Positions 37,919 through 52,150 are shown, counted from the first letter of the whole stretch. The stretch is DNA of 56,460 nucleotides, filler included, from Squatina squatina (GCA_031763465.1; 3 parts of 3 records of this genome joined end to end with filler, not necessarily neighbours in it); one strand, 5' to 3'. Numbers and translations are program-made. Notes: generated from the letters alone by a model not told the origin.

Positions 37919-39289
37919 TTGGCACATTCTTAATGAAAAGCAATTGCTAGAGGTGGGTTAATGGCATCAGTCCTTAAGCAATTATAGAACACGTTACTGC
38001 CAATCAAGGTCAGGACATTTACTTTTAATGATCTTTGCTCAACAGTAACAATTGGATGAAGGAGCATTTGCTCACTGTGGGGGTTTCCCATAAGGACACG
38101 TTTATATTTTAGAACAGCAATATAATATAAAGTGCATAGAATCTCCGTCACTAGAAAGAAAAGTGGGGGAGAGGGTGAGTGCAAGATGTTTTTACGACAC
38201 ACATCTGCAATACTACCACAACTTTCAGAAGGTTTAAATGATATTCAGTGCAAGATGAGCTGATTTGAGATGAGAGTTCAAATATACCAAGTAGTAGTAA
38301 TAAAGAAGATCCATAATAGGTATAATGGTGTTCATTAACACTGTTCATTATAGCAGCATGAAAGCAGCATCAGCAGCTGCATTTAGCACAGCACTCTTCA
38401 TAGCATAAATGACCTGACCTGAGGTTCATTTGTTAAAGCAAATTTTAGAGATATTGAATAATCCATAGCCCAATAATATTTTATGCCACTTAGATTGGTA
38501 GCAGCTGTACTCCCTGATTTAGTCTTTTTAACAAGTCAAACTTTTAGGGTCAATTAACTCCTGCTACAAATTTTTATTGAGCAAAAGAGGAAAATACATT
38601 TCTGAGGTCTAACTGTCCACATTATTCTACACATTCCCTACTATCCTAAGTGAAGCGCTGGCCAAATCTGAGGAGAATGAGATGGCAACCATTTTGAAAG
38701 TTTGTATGATTCAGGCTGTCCAACAGTTTCAGAAAGCACTTGTTATTACCATAACAATTTGACTCTCTTCTCGGCACTGAATTCATATCACTGAGTGAAA
38801 GCTAAAATGTTGATGGTAACTGTTAACAGACTGCACTTATAAAACTGTTTGAAACATTATTATTGTATTTAAAAGCAACCCTGTTTGGTTCCCCTGTTCC
38901 ACACACATCCCTGATCAGTTTTAACTGGCTGTTTGTTGAGCAAAGATGGCATGGTTGGGCGATGCCTTACTGTCTCAGTGTTTAGAATCAGAATTTTGTG
39001 GACACACCTTTAACATGGCAAAATCACAAAGTAGTAATTAATTCTGGGCATGCAAATTGTAAACCCAAATCAGCAATATTGCAAATGCAAAGCCCCTTGG
39101 AACACAGAATCCTCTGCTAGTAGATCTAATCTATGCAATAGCACGGGGGATTCCAGCTGGTAACAGTAACTGCCAAAGAGGTTCTCCTNNNNNNNNNNNN
39201 NNNNNNNNNNNNNNNNNNNNNNNNNNNNNNNNNNNNNNNNNNNNNNNNNNNNNNNNNNNNNNNNNNNNNNNNNNNNNNNNNNNNNNNNC

Positions 39290-39920
39290 AGGATTAAGCC
39301 ATTCAACCCCACACATCTGTTCCGCCATTCAATTACATCATGGCTGATCTGTATCGTAATTCCATTTCCCTGCCTTGGTTCCGTAACCCTTAACATCCTT
39401 GCCTAACAAAAATCTAACAATCTCAGTTCTGAAATTTTCAATTAACCGAGTCTCAACAGCTTTTTGAAGAGAGCTCCAGATTTCCACGAACCTTTGTGTG
39501 AAGAAGTGCTTCCTGACATCACCCCTGAATGGCATAGTTTTAAATTTAAGCTTATGCTCCCTTGTTCTACACTTTTCCATCAGAGGAAATAGTTTCTCTC
39601 TATCTACCCAATCAAATCCTTCAATCATTTCAATTAGATCACCCCTTATTCTTCTATATTCAAGGGAATACAAGCCTAGTCTGTGCTCATAACTTAACCC
39701 TTTTCACCCCGATACTATACTGGTGAATCTGCACTGCATCCCCCTCCAAGGCCAATATATCCTTCCTAACGTGCAGTGCCCAAACGCAGTCCTTCAGATG
39801 CAGTGTTAGCAGAGCTTTATACAACTGGTAGCATAACTTCCACCCCATTGTATTCCAGCTCCCCTGAGATAAAGGTTAACATTCCATTAGCCTTTTCATT
39901 TATTTTTTGTACCTTTTCAC
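39290..39920 (-). mobile_element. CR1 LINE 3' end
   Basis: YSLEYRRIRGDLIEMIEGFDWVDREKLFPL...HFFTQRFVEIWSSLQKAVE plus the CR1 3' tail. Confidence 0.85.
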
Positions 39921-42900
39921 TTGTTTTTAAGTCCACTAGTTTTTACAGCAAATATAGGCAAATGGAGTTACCGTGCAGGTCAGCCATGGTGTAAGTGGAT
40001 GGCGAAGGAGGCTGAATGGCCTCCTCCTATAACTAATGTTCCTTTGCTCTTAAATTCCTGTCTCAAAAGCAATCGAGCAAGTTCTAGGATGCCACAGTGG
40101 CTGGTAGACACATTCTCCAATCAGGAAATCAGCCAGTTCACTTTCGAATGCTTGGAGAAAATACGCACTTACTGACCTTGCTGGCAACTATTTCCAGAGA
40201 TCAACAAGTCTCTGTGAAAAGAATTACCTCCTAACATCTAACTTGGTCCTACAGTTATATAACTTATACTTCTGTCCCCTGGTACTCCCTGTCCAGCTCA
40301 AATAGTCTACTCACTTGGGTCAAGTTTAATCCTTTTATTATTTTAAAGACCTCAAACAAATCTTGAAGTCTACGCTTTTCTATACTCCCATTTTCTTTGT
40401 ACTATTAACCTGTCCCTCCCTCTTTGAGGGAGGAACAGTTAATATGAGGGGAAAGAGGAGTGTTTGTGACCGAGCTCTTACTGTCTTGGTTTCCTAGTTA
40501 CGAGATTCAGATGGCTTGATACTATTTCAGTCCTAGGCAGAGACTGAAGCTCACTTATTCCACCAACATGGGTGCTTAATCCACATGTTTGTGGCAATAA
40601 CACTTTTTTCAGGTGTTGACACTGATAATTGCAGTCTCTAAGTAATGGCTACATCTATAAAACAAACATGGCACAATCAGGTTGCACTATTCGTTAATCA
40701 GCATAGTTCATATCCTTAAGACTTAAATCTATAACAATTATAAATCTGTGCTTCAGGATCATAATACTGCACTAGTTTCTTTTTTAAGCAGGTACTGACT
40801 TTTTGCAAAAGGTCAAGATTGAATCAGTGACCACAAAGAAATAAAGAAATATCAATACCTGTCTTTTACTCTTATCCCTGAAGAGTTCCACATCGAGTAA
40901 AACAAAGACAAATTTGAAAATAATTGACAACTTTGCACCCTATACATAATTTCTTCCAGGCCAATAGAAAAAAAATCAATATTATATTATTCCGCATATT
41001 ATCATTGCATTCTGAATCATCAAACCATTTCCCTTTATTTAAGTATAGTTGAGTTCTGATAAACACATTTCTGCATTGTCACTGCACTGATCAGGATTTC
41101 AAGACTCCTTATTAAAAAAGGCCAATTTATAATATTTATATCTCAGTCCATTTAAATCATTTATGTTGCAACTGAATCTAAATTAAAATACTTAATTATA
41201 TAAAATATGCTGTTTTAAAAGAAGTCATTAGTGCACAAAAGAGATCCTTTGAGAGCTGGACTGATAACATTCAGCACACTGAACAATGAAATACAAATAA
41301 TTGGGGAGTACTTGATGCTTTGAATCAGATTATGCATTGAAGTTTTATATCTGGATCAGGAATTCTATATAATTAGGAACAAAGAGGAAGAGATTTGATA
41401 CATTGGAATTCTGTGCGTGTTTATTTGTAGTAACCTGAGTTTCTTTCTCCTATTTTATATCCTAATGTAATACTTTTAATGTTAGTTGTTTCAAAGTGAT
41501 AGTACAACAAAGTTTTAGTTAACCCTGAAGGGAACATGAAAAGCCGTTCATTTTTTCAGGTATAGTCTTGCTTGGAAGTGGCTTTGTGATGAATACACTG
41601 AGCCTTGACTCCCTTCAAACATTCTGCAATATGTCTGACCCCTTGTTTTCCCACTCCTTTAATTTAATATCTGGTCTTTTGATTTTATTATTAGCTTGCT
41701 TTATACCTGAATCTTGTTTGGTTTTAATATACACATAATATGGCTGAATATTTTGTTTTTTTGTTTAGAAATGCCAGATGGATTTTGTTAGGTAAGGAGA
41801 TCAAGGGATCTGGGGCTATGGTGGGTAAATGGATATGAGGTACGGATCAGCCATGATCTCATTGAATGGTGGAGCAGGCTCAAGCAGCTGAATGGCCTAC
41901 CCCTGGTCCTATGTTCTTATGATGCCTAGTGAAGACATGATCAGGCTTGGCTGTGAGGCCTCATCAGTCAAGTACTTTGCCAGTGTTCACACGTGAATGA
42001 TAGCACTTGGACAAGGCACTGAAGAGTAACCACTGCCTGTGGAATTGTAACCCAGCAAGGAGTCAATGTATTAAGGAAGAAAGATTGGCGCTACAAAAAA
42101 AGATGACTAGCTCTATAGTGGAACCCTTCAAGTACTGACTTCTCACAGATGTTAATTAAAAAATAACCACCTGGAACACACCAAGGGGTTAGCACTTTGC
42201 ACTCACAGTAATTACTTNNNNNNNNNNNNNNNNNNNNNNNNNNNNNNNNNNNNNNNNNNNNNNNNNNNNNNNNNNNNNNNNNNNNNNNNNNNNNNNNNNN
42301 NNNNNNNNNNNNNNNNNCAGCAAGGTTGGTAAAATCCAGCCCTTGGACAGAACTGGGTCCACATATAATACTTCAGGGGCAGGACAAATTATCTGCTCAC
42401 TAGATGGATTAATAATGTAGCATACAGCAAAGTGAATTTTCCTGTAACCTACTATGAACAAAGCAATTAATACTGCAGAACGTGTCATATGAACCAGTAC
42501 ATTTCCATGTCCCACATTATTAATATCCATTTATGTAGGTCACATGGCATCTCCATTTTCACTGACACTGGAAAACCTTCACATTAAGCTAACAGACTGC
42601 CAAGGTAATAAGAGAAATACATTCAATGACTGTATGTTATATGTAGTAATCAGTATATGTAAGCAAATTCAAAGCAGTAATCTAATCTGCAGAGTAGAAA
42701 TCATAAATCATTCAAGGGTCATATGTCAGCCTAACACCTCGAATAAAGACCTACCTGGTAACAATCTCTCCCATGAATCCATTGTAGTCTCGCTCCATTT
42801 TAGGTGTGGCATCACACTGCATCGTTTTCTACCTCTTGTGCCGCTAATTTTGTCTATTGAAACACTTGCAAACAATTTATTTGTCACAGTACACAGGAGC

Positions 42901-43389
42901 CTGCTTAGAGAATAATATAGTGCTAGGTCATATAAGTACTTTGTATACAGTTTTGTAAATTTCCTCATTTTTTAAAATTAAGATCCCTTTTGCACACTTT
43001 TATGTAGAAATATTTAGAACTCCTGTGCGCTGAATAAGCAAACATACCAAAATGAACAATATATATACTGGTGCATATTTTAAATATACGCCAGTTGCCA
43101 TGCAAAGAGGGCCTATACAGAAAAGGCAGGATGCATGGAGGATTTTGTGGGCGAGGCAGAACATTTCAAATGGGCCTGTAGAGCACGTGCAAGGGTTGTC
43201 AGACTGTTATTTTGACAGTTACTATAATCTAACAGGTCTCAGGCATGATACACAGATTGCTGACAGTTTAATTGCAGGATTTGCACTGNNNNNNNNNNNN
43301 NNNNNNNNNNNNNNNNNNNNNNNNNNNNNNNNNNNNNNNNNNNNNNNNNNNNNNNNNNNNNNNNNNNNNNNNNNNNNNNNNNNNNNNNC

Positions 43390-43990
43390 ATACTCCTAGA
43401 TGAACCTTCAAATGCAATGTGGCCATGGCTCCTTTAAATATCCCGGATGAAAACATGTCATGGATGACATCATCAGACCCGCACCATTTAATTGGGCTGG
43501 GTAATGCGTATGATGGGTTTAATAGGCCCCATTATTGCAAAGTCGAGTTCTGCAGCGGGATGGAAGCAGCAACAGGGTCGTGACCCGCCACGCCGACCAC
43601 TCGCACCTGACCAGGTACAGAAAATTCCAGCAGAGAATCTGCCTCGTGCCAATGGCTCCAGATGGTTTTTCCAATTGTTACAAGATAAGCTTTTTAAGAG
43701 GAAGAAGAGAAGGGCATTGAGGGATTGCTGGCAGGTCAAGCTATACTGGAGGCACTCCGCACCCACCTGCCAGTACCCCACCCAGAATCTACAAACAAAG
43801 GCAAATAAAACTAATTCGCAATTTTGCTCATTTGTCACAGGCTGTGAGCAGCCAAACCAGTGGTCCTTGAAAAGATGGTAGGATAGCTGGAAGCTAATCA
43901 TTAAAACGTCCAGGGAAATATCCAATTCCTTTTTTGTGGAGCCCGGCGAGGCTGGAGTGCTCCTTCTGAGCCCACAAAAAAATTTCCCAG
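43390..43990. mobile_element. MITE / DNA-transposon remnants (similar pieces at 2410-2640, 32420-32790, 34135-34302)
   Basis: CpG-rich blocks with TGACATCAT and AAAATTCCAGC / CAATTTC-type ends, as in the other non-autonomous elements here. Confidence 0.4.
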
Positions 43991-44407
43991 CTACTATTAG
44001 CTCATCCGAAGCTTTTACTTACCAAAACTGCAATGCCTGCAGAGACTGTGATTTGCAGGGATGCTATGGCGCAGTTATGCCAATACACTCCATCAATCTT
44101 CTCCACAGGGACTGCATTGCCAGTGGCTATCAAGCTCAACACTGTCCTGAGCTTTTATACTTCAAGATAACTTTTGGCTTCCACTGGGGATATAAACAAT
44201 ATCAACAATAAGCCTATTAGCTGTACATAGATGTGTAAAGCAAATGACTAATGCCCCGTTTGCTCGAACAAACAATTTAATCTCCTTCCCCATGAACAAT
44301 TGGCAGCAACATAAAGAAGCCCATGAAGTCTACAAAGAATAATATTTTTTTAAAATTGCATTTCTACATTTGCATGGTGGCAAGAGCAAAAGGTAGAACA
44401 GACAGCA

Positions 44408-45612
44408 GAGGTTAAATCGGATAATCCCCGAAAACGGGCGTGGGGACTGCAGTCAGTGACTAACCCGCGCCTGTTTGTTACAATGCAGGCAGCATGCTAA
44501 ACTTCTTGCTGCCTGCTGATTTAAATGTATGCTGTGTGCAGCCAGCACTACCCATGTTGTTCATTGGCTGCACGCATCAGCAGGGGGCCCGATATCATGA
44601 ATGGCTTACGCTAGTTAAAGGCAGTCTGCAACTCTTGAAGGGGAAGTGCATTCTGGCTGCAAGTGGTGGGGATCCTTTGCAAAGTGAATGTGTGCTGTGA
44701 TAATTTGAGTAATGGCTGAACACGTGAGAGAGCAAGCACCAAGGTTTTCAGACAATGCACCGGAGGTCTTGGCGCAAGACATGGGGAGAAGGAGAGACAT
44801 CTTGCATCTGCAGGGGGAAAGGAGGCCCTCCAGTCATATTCTCAGCAGGCAGTGGGAAGCAGCGGAGGTCAACGCCAGGAATGTAGCTCCAAGCACAGAG
44901 ATGCAGTGCAGGAAGAAGTTTAACGACCTGACATGTGTTAACAAGTGAGTTCAATCTTCAAATGGCATCTCCTACCAACTACACCACTAGCCTCTTATAA
45001 AACTCAATTCACTACACCCCTATCACTCTGTACTCAACCCTTCAATTCATGTCATTTACCTTACGGTAACAAACATAGCACTGTTGCAAGCCTCTCTCCT
45101 GCAACTCGCAGCTTGCATAATCCGGCAGCTATTCAACCATGGGAAGGGGCCTCGCTGAGGCCTGGGCCACTGACAGTGCTGAAGGGTTCGATGATGAGGG
45201 TACTTGCATACCTAATCCTCCTTCTCTCTTCCCAATTCTCCCTCATCCCACAATGTCTTCTGACTCACAAGCTGCAGATGGTGTGAGGATGCATTCTTAC
45301 TTGCTCCTCTTCCCTCACCACAACCCAATCCTTGTCCCATTTTCATTTCAAATACCCAAGAACTGGAACCTTCCAGTCAGTGGAGAAAGAGGAAGAAGAT
45401 GGTGAAGATGAAGAGACACCATCACTCGATCTTACTCTCACAGCCAGCAGCTCAGAGACTGACTCTACATGTATTTTACAGGCTAGGTTAGGAAGGAATC
45501 TGCTCGTGGTGAGACGCTGGTCACAAGTGTGCAGGAGCCAGGGCTGGGGGAAAGGAGATAGCACAGGTTCCAGCTCGCTGGAGGGCGAGGTTGCACACTA
45601 GTTCTGCTGCAG
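44408..45612 (+). mobile_element. Harbinger/PIF-type element copy A with Myb/SANT-like exon (44712-44944)
   Basis: MAEHVREQAPRFSDNAPEVLAQDMGRRRDIL...QWEAAEVNARNVAPSTEMQCRKKFNDL|GTGAGT fits the NAIF1/MSANTD-type Myb/SANT pattern (RFS..E.L...W...VNA...QCRKK.NDL). Left end GAGGTTAAATCGGATAATCCCCGAAAACGGGCG is shared with copy B. Confidence 0.75.
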
Positions 45613-45712
45613 NNNNNNNNNNNNNNNNNNNNNNNNNNNNNNNNNNNNNNNNNNNNNNNNNNNNNNNNNNNNNNNNNNNNNNNNNNNNNNNNNNNNNNNN
45701 NNNNNNNNNNNN

Positions 45713-45930
45713 TAGGTTTAAAATACCTTACTGTTCCTTCTGCTGTTTTTAATAAAATCCTCACAGTCCCTCTTAGCTTTCCTTATCCCACTCTTAACCT
45801 CTTTTCTCATATTCTCAATATATCCAGGAATTTCCACTGAACCAGCAAAGAATAAAGCACACTTGTCAGTATCCTCAATTTGCTTGCACTCCAAACCTTC
45901 CCTATCTAACCCAGCTGAGACTGGGATATT
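45713..45930 (-). mobile_element. CR1 LINE ORF2 fragment
   Basis: YIENMRKEVKSGIRKAKRDCEDFIKNSRRNSKVF, a typical CR1 linker region. Confidence 0.65.
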
Positions 45931-46069
45931 GTAGGGCTTTACCTGCTTGGAATGCAACATATCAGCATTGGTTACGGATTAGTAACATTTGTGATCAGTG
46001 TGACACAAGTTGCAAATCCATTTCAATATTATATGAGACTGTTTATTTTTAAGTCACATATCAAAATAA

Positions 46070-47095
46070 GGGGGATTAAATTGGATAACCCCTGAAAATG
46101 GGTGCAGGAATTGCAGCCTCTGATTAACTCATGCCCATTCATTGTGCTGCAGGCATGTTAAATTCGTTCTGATTGCTGTTTTCCATGATTGCTGTGTGCA
46201 GCCAGCGCTACCCGTGCTGATCATTGACTGCATGCATCAACAGGGAACCCAATATTGCGAGTGGCAAGCCTACTTAAAGGAAGCCTGCATCTCTTAAAGG
46301 GGCAGTGTACTGAGGCTGCAAGAAGTGGTGGGAGACATTTGAAAACTGAATCTGTGCTGTGATACTTTGAGGAATACTGAACATGCAAGGGAGCGTGCAT
46401 CAAGGTTTTCAGACAATGCACTGGAGACCTTGGTGCAAGAGGTGGGGAGAATGAGGGACATCTGTATCCACAGAGGAGCAGAAGGCCCTAGAGGCACATG
46501 CTCAGAAGCTAGTGGGAGGAAGTAGTGGAAGAGGTCAATGTCAGGAATATAGCTCCAAAAACATAGATGTAGTGCAGGGAGAAGTTTAATGATCTGATGG
46601 GGTTGTCTAGGTGAGTGAGTTCAATCTTCAAATGGCATATCCTACCAATTGCACCACTAGCTTCATCCACTCAATTCGCTGCACCCCCATCCCAAACCTA
46701 CCAACAATTTCTACCAATCAGTATTCAACCCCTTAATTCATATGCTTTACTTCACTCTCACACACTTAGCAATGTTGCAAGCTTCACACCCACAACTCAC
46801 AGCTCACACACGCTGGGAGCTATTTTCCATGACTGCCACATCACCCAAACATATTGCAGGACACTCACTGACACACTTCCCTCTTGCAGGAAAAGGTGGT
46901 ACATAACAGTAGGCAGCAGGAATTAACTGCAGGAGGACAAATATGCCTACATGATTGAGCTGGGGCATGGTTACTGGCGGGGCTGAAACAATTGATGAGG
47001 AGACTATTTGCATATCTAATCCTCCTTCTCTCATCCCCCATCTCCCTCATCCCTCAATCTCGTCTGACTGAGAAGCTGCAGAGGGAGTCAGCATC
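46070..47095 (+). mobile_element. Harbinger-type element copy B, Myb/SANT pseudogene
   Basis: Left end GGGGGATTAAATTGGATAACCCCTGAAAATGGGTG. Myb exon about 46373-46610 with in-frame stops, donor GTGAGT at 46611, acceptor CTCTTGCAG|GAAAAGGTGG at about 46890. Confidence 0.75.
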
Positions 47096-47794
47096 NNNNN
47101 NNNNNNNNNNNNNNNNNNNNNNNNNNNNNNNNNNNNNNNNNNNNNNNNNNNNNNNNNNNNNNNNNNNNNNNNNNNNNNNNNNNNNNNNNNNNNNNTTTGC
47201 AGTTTTAGATTTTCCAATGCATACTTGCAAATTCCATCCAGCGTAAGCTTGATAATATCTGTATGAACAATTTCATCCTGGAAATAGGAAGAATATACTC
47301 TGGTCACTTTTTAGTGGCTGTATTTTCTAAACTAAATGCATTATTTGGCTATTCATATTAATACAAAAAAAAAACATTTTATTTTTAAAATTTTCTCAGG
47401 CTCAACAGTATATTTCAAGAGGCATTTTTTGTCACTGTAGGCAGGTTACTTTGAAAATGTAAAATACTCCAGCAACACCTTAATAAAATGTAAATTGCCC
47501 CAATAATAGATTAATAATGTCATAAATAGTTATGTAACCTAACTAAAATGATATTTGTCATCGGTTTCATGCAACTACGATAGGTCCGAGTCGACATGAG
47601 CCGAGCATTTTTAATTCATCTCATGTTGGCTTTAGTTCACTGTAACAAAGAAGCACTGAGAGCGGAAGCTCATTGGTTCAGGGCTAACGTGGTGATGGTC
47701 TTCCTCAACTTTCAGTTCCAAGTCAGTACAGTTAGACAAACATAGTGATAGCAATATTTGTATATTGCCATCATTGTCATATCACCAAAAAACA

Positions 47795-48752
47795 TTGAAG
47801 AATAGCTGAACATGCTAGCGAGCATAGACCAAGGTTTTCTGAGAATGAACTTGAGGTCTTAGTGCAAGATATGGAGAGAAGGAGAGACACCCTATATCCA
47901 CTGAAGGGCTCCAGATAAATGCTCAGGAGGTAGTGGGAAGAAGTAACGGTGGAGTTAAATGCCAGGAGTGCAGCTCTAAGAACGTGGATGCAGTGCAGAA
48001 AGAAGTTTAATGATCTGACATGAGTTGCCAAGGTGAGTGAGTTCAATCTTCAAATGGTACATCTTACTAATTGCACCACTAGCCTCATCCACCTACCAAC
48101 AATCCCTATCAATCAATAGTCAACCCTTCAATTTATATGGTTTACCTCACACACTTAGCACTGTGGCATGCCTCACACCCACAAATCACAGCTCGCATAC
48201 ACTAATAGCTGTTGAACCATGACAGCCACATCACCCAAACATCTTGCAGGACACATACGGACACAGGTCCCTCTTTCTTGCAGGAGAAGGTGGGAAAGAA
48301 CTGGAGGAGGACAAGTATGCCTGCACGCATTTACCCCTATGGTGGAGACAATACTGGTCATCATGGAAAGGGGCAACGATTCATGTTGTGGCCACTGGGG
48401 GGTGGGGGTTTTGCTGGAGGGATCGATGATGAGGGTATCTGCAAACCTAATCCTCCTTCTCTCATCCCACTTCTCCCTCATCCCACAATCTCTTCCGGCT
48501 CAGAAGCTGCAGATGGTGTAAGCACAGAATTCTTAATTTCTCCTCCCTTCTCACCCCAACCCAACCCTTGTCCCTTTTTCAGAAGGTAAGGTCACACACT
48601 AGTTCTGCTGCAGAAGAGTCAGATGAGGCCTTCGATGGACCAGGCTATAGAAGAAGGCTGATGGGTGTACACAACCAAATGCATGGTACACAGGAAAGCC
48701 TGCCAGAAAGCCTATGCACAATACCAGGTACCATGGAGGAATACAGCTTCAA
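47795..48752 (+). mobile_element. Harbinger-type element copy C, 5'-truncated Myb/SANT pseudogene
   Basis: PRFSENELEVLVQDMERRRDTL...RTWMQCRKKFNDLT with stops; donor at 48033, acceptor TTCTTGCAG|GAGAAGGTGG at about 48284. Confidence 0.75.
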
Positions 48753-50754
48753 NNNNNNNNNNNNNNNNNNNNNNNNNNNNNNNNNNNNNNNNNNNNNNNN
48801 NNNNNNNNNNNNNNNNNNNNNNNNNNNNNNNNNNNNNNNNNNNNNNNNNNNNTTCTAAGCAACCATGTTAATAATTATAATTTTTAAATGAGTCCCAATT
48901 ATTTATCATGGTAAATCAGATCAATTATCTGGCAAAATCACTATTTAAGTGATCTAATTTTAAAACAGTGGTATTCCCAAAACAACTTTTATGCATCTAC
49001 CAAAGTTGATCTTATCAATAGTAGAATCTGTGGTTCAATAAGAAAACTATGGGTATAACAGGGTAGCAAACAAGATGCAGTCTGTTTAATCTTCCTCCTT
49101 TAAAGGTGAATGAAATTATGTCCCTTATACATTCAATTTAGATGACAGCATTTTGAGATCACCATACATTAATATCCTATTAGATCATTTTTGACAACTT
49201 TTCACTTTAAAAGCGAAGCTTTTAAAGGAACACAGTTATTCTCCAGGGTTAAACCTAATTGCAGTAATATTTAAATGAGGTTCTTTATTACAATTGCAAA
49301 TAACCCAATCACAGAAACCATCAAAAAAATGGGAAATGTCATGAAAACGATTGATGGTATTCACTTTGAAAATGTCATCCATTGTTTCAAGTGGCTTTTA
49401 CTCTAGGCNNNNNNNNNNNNNNNNNNNNNNNNNNNNNNNNNNNNNNNNNNNNNNNNNNNNNNNNNNNNNNNNNNNNNNNNNNNNNNNNNNNNNNNNNNNN
49501 NNNNNNNNATACATCTGAGCTTCTGAAACCTCAAGACAGGGATGTGTCCAAATTTTAGCTAGTTTCAATATCATGCTAAGGTCACACTTATGTTTGTGTA
49601 AAATTTATAACTAGTACAGTAGCTTTTGAACTACTTTAGGGACAAAAGTTTCTAAAAGGAGTACTTTAGAAAGGAAGGATAAATGTTAAACCAACTCATG
49701 TAAAATAACTGGAATCAGATTACAGATGAAAAATTACATCCCTGCAAGATTTCATTTAAAGGTGGTAATATTTATTTTCCAACTCAAAAGAGAACATCTG
49801 CTTTTAAAAGCCCTGTACGAGCTATAGAAAATGTTAGTCAAGAACAGGCATCATTACCCTTATACAGTCATCTGGATGGATATGCACAAGTTAACACATC
49901 CCAGGATTCCTGGTGCATGATGTCATGCTACAGTACATCTGAGGCCAACTCAATATATTTAAACAGAACAATAGAAAATGTATTATGTACAGCTCAGATA
50001 CAACCACATTCAAGCTCATTAAAGTTAGCCACAAAGTACATTTTTACAGTAATACTTCTTGTGTAAATAAGAGGTTGCTTTTATCAAACATAACTTACAT
50101 TTTTCTATCCTCCCTTTGCAGAAGTCAGTATAAAATTGCTCAATTTGCAACTCTTGAAAAGTGACTGACTGTTTATAATGAATGTATGGGCTGCTAAATA
50201 ACGGACTGAGAACAGACAAATTTCTTCATGCCTAGTCAACTAATTGTATAGAAAAATATGTTCTACTTCTCACTGCAGACTATTCATTGGCTCCCTTAGG
50301 GTTCCTGCAGCCTCCAGGCAGCAACTAATTAAATTAAGCAAATAAGCAATGACAGTGAATCTAATGTGCAAACACAACAAATTCCTTCCAAACAACAAAG
50401 ACAGATATCTTAAATAAACGATTTCTGATTTCCAGCAGTACTGATATTTCTTTAAGCAAGATAAATTAGGAGTCTTCCGTCTACAGGGTATTAATANNNN
50501 NNNNNNNNNNNNNNNNNNNNNNNNNNNNNNNNNNNNNNNNNNNNNNNNNNNNNNNNNNNNNNNNNNNNNNNNNNNNNNNNNNNNAAGTAAAAAAAAACCA
50601 CAACCTTTATGCACACTAGCATTCATAGTGGTCAGCAGCAAAGAGAAGAAAGCCAAATTCATCCTGCAACATTGCAATCCATGGTTCCTTTTTGAAGTAT
50701 TTGCATTTGGCATCATTTTGAAGTTTAGTGGTTTCGCTGTTAAAATTCTTTATC

Positions 50755-50970
50755 CTATGTGCTCTTTTTGGTTTTGGGAGTAGGCTTATTTGTGTATTTA
50801 TATCCAGAGCCATTACCGGTTGGGGTTATGGATCTACGTACCTCTGGCTTACCAGGGATAGAACCTGATCTGATTGATGGGATCAGATGTGTGGGTGACC
50901 ATGGTCGTTTATCTTGTAATGGTGATCGTTTCATGCTTACTTTTGGAGAAGCCTTTCTGCTCCCAGGAGG
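50755..50970 (-). CDS. Terminal coding exon of an unidentified gene (S/P/K/R-rich tail)
   Basis: TTAATTTCAG|PPGSRKASPKVSMKRSPLQDKRPWSPTHLIPSIRSGSIPGKPEVRRSITPTGNGSGYKYTNKPTPKTKKST-TAG. 216 nt, phase 0, more GC-rich than the flanks. Confidence 0.6.
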   Translation of the reverse strand, partial: PPGSRKASPKVSMKRSPLQDKRPWSPTHLIPSIRSGSIPGKPEVRRSITPTGNGSGYKYTNKPTPKTKKST

Positions 50971-51899
50971 CTGAAATTAACCAAAATACAAGTGAAAATT
51001 GACCATAAAATAATTTCAAAATGTAAGCAAGATTAACGTTTCAAAATCACCCTGGGTTCAATGGCAATAGTTTGGTAAATTATTCTAAGTTGTAGGTTAG
51101 AAAGTTAAATATTTAGAGAACGGGAGGGAAAAGCCTCTGCTCGCTAAACATTTAAATTAGGTTTACAGAGTGTTAGAAGAAGTGGTAGGCCCTGAGCATT
51201 TGGTAAATCAGGTTTGATACCACGCTGGAGTTATCATGCATGCCAATCTAGGAAATAAGGAAAATCTGACCAGCAGCTTCAAAAAAAGCTGACACAGCCC
51301 CCAGCTTTGAATACAAGCCTATGACACATGAAGACAAGAAATTAGACTGNNNNNNNNNNNNNNNNNNNNNNNNNNNNNNNNNNNNNNNNNNNNNNNNNNN
51401 NNNNNNNNNNNNNNNNNNNNNNNNNNNNNNNNNNNNNNNNNNNNNNNNNTATTGTTGTGAAAGGGCTGAGGTTGAAGCAGACTTTGCAGTAGCTGGATGG
51501 TTGAGTGTCGCAGTTTCTTAAAACAAAGATCTTATATTCCATAGCCTTTTTGGTTATAGCACACTGATATTTTAAGCAGATTCCACCAGTTCCCAAAAAA
51601 TCTTTCCCAAGCAATAACTACTTTTTTGGCTTTTGAGTGATATTCACACACAGAATTAGTATGGCTCTTATTAATCTAACCAACTCACTGGTGGTCTTGT
51701 TCAGGGAATTCTTTACATATTGTCTGGGAAGGCTGCCAGATTGCTGCTACTTCCACAACTCTTGCACAGAGAAGATATCCGAGAAGGAGAAACTTCTAAT
51801 AAAAATGGTGTGGGTTAGTGTCATATCAAGGCAGGCAGAGATGGGTTAACCATTCACTATTGTGGGAAGTTGAGAGCTCAACCATGGGAAGTCCATGGG

Positions 51900-52150
51900 A
51901 TTAATAGGGCAGTGGCAGCATGGATACAGAATTGGCTAAGAGACAGAAAGCAGAGAGTAGAGGTGAACTGTTGATTTTCAGACTGGTAGCAAGGTTACAG
52001 TGGTATTCCCCAGGGGTCGGTATTAGGACCACTGCTCTTTTGATATATATCAATAACCTGGATGGGTATAGGGACATCATTTCAAAGTTTGCAGAGGACA
52101 CAAAACTTGGAAATGTAGTAAACAACGAGGAGGACAGTAGCAGGCTTTAG
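51900..52150 (+). mobile_element. CR1 RT fragment
   Basis: SGIPQGS(V)LGPLL (frameshifted) and IYINNLD...ISKFAEDTKLG. Confidence 0.8.
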
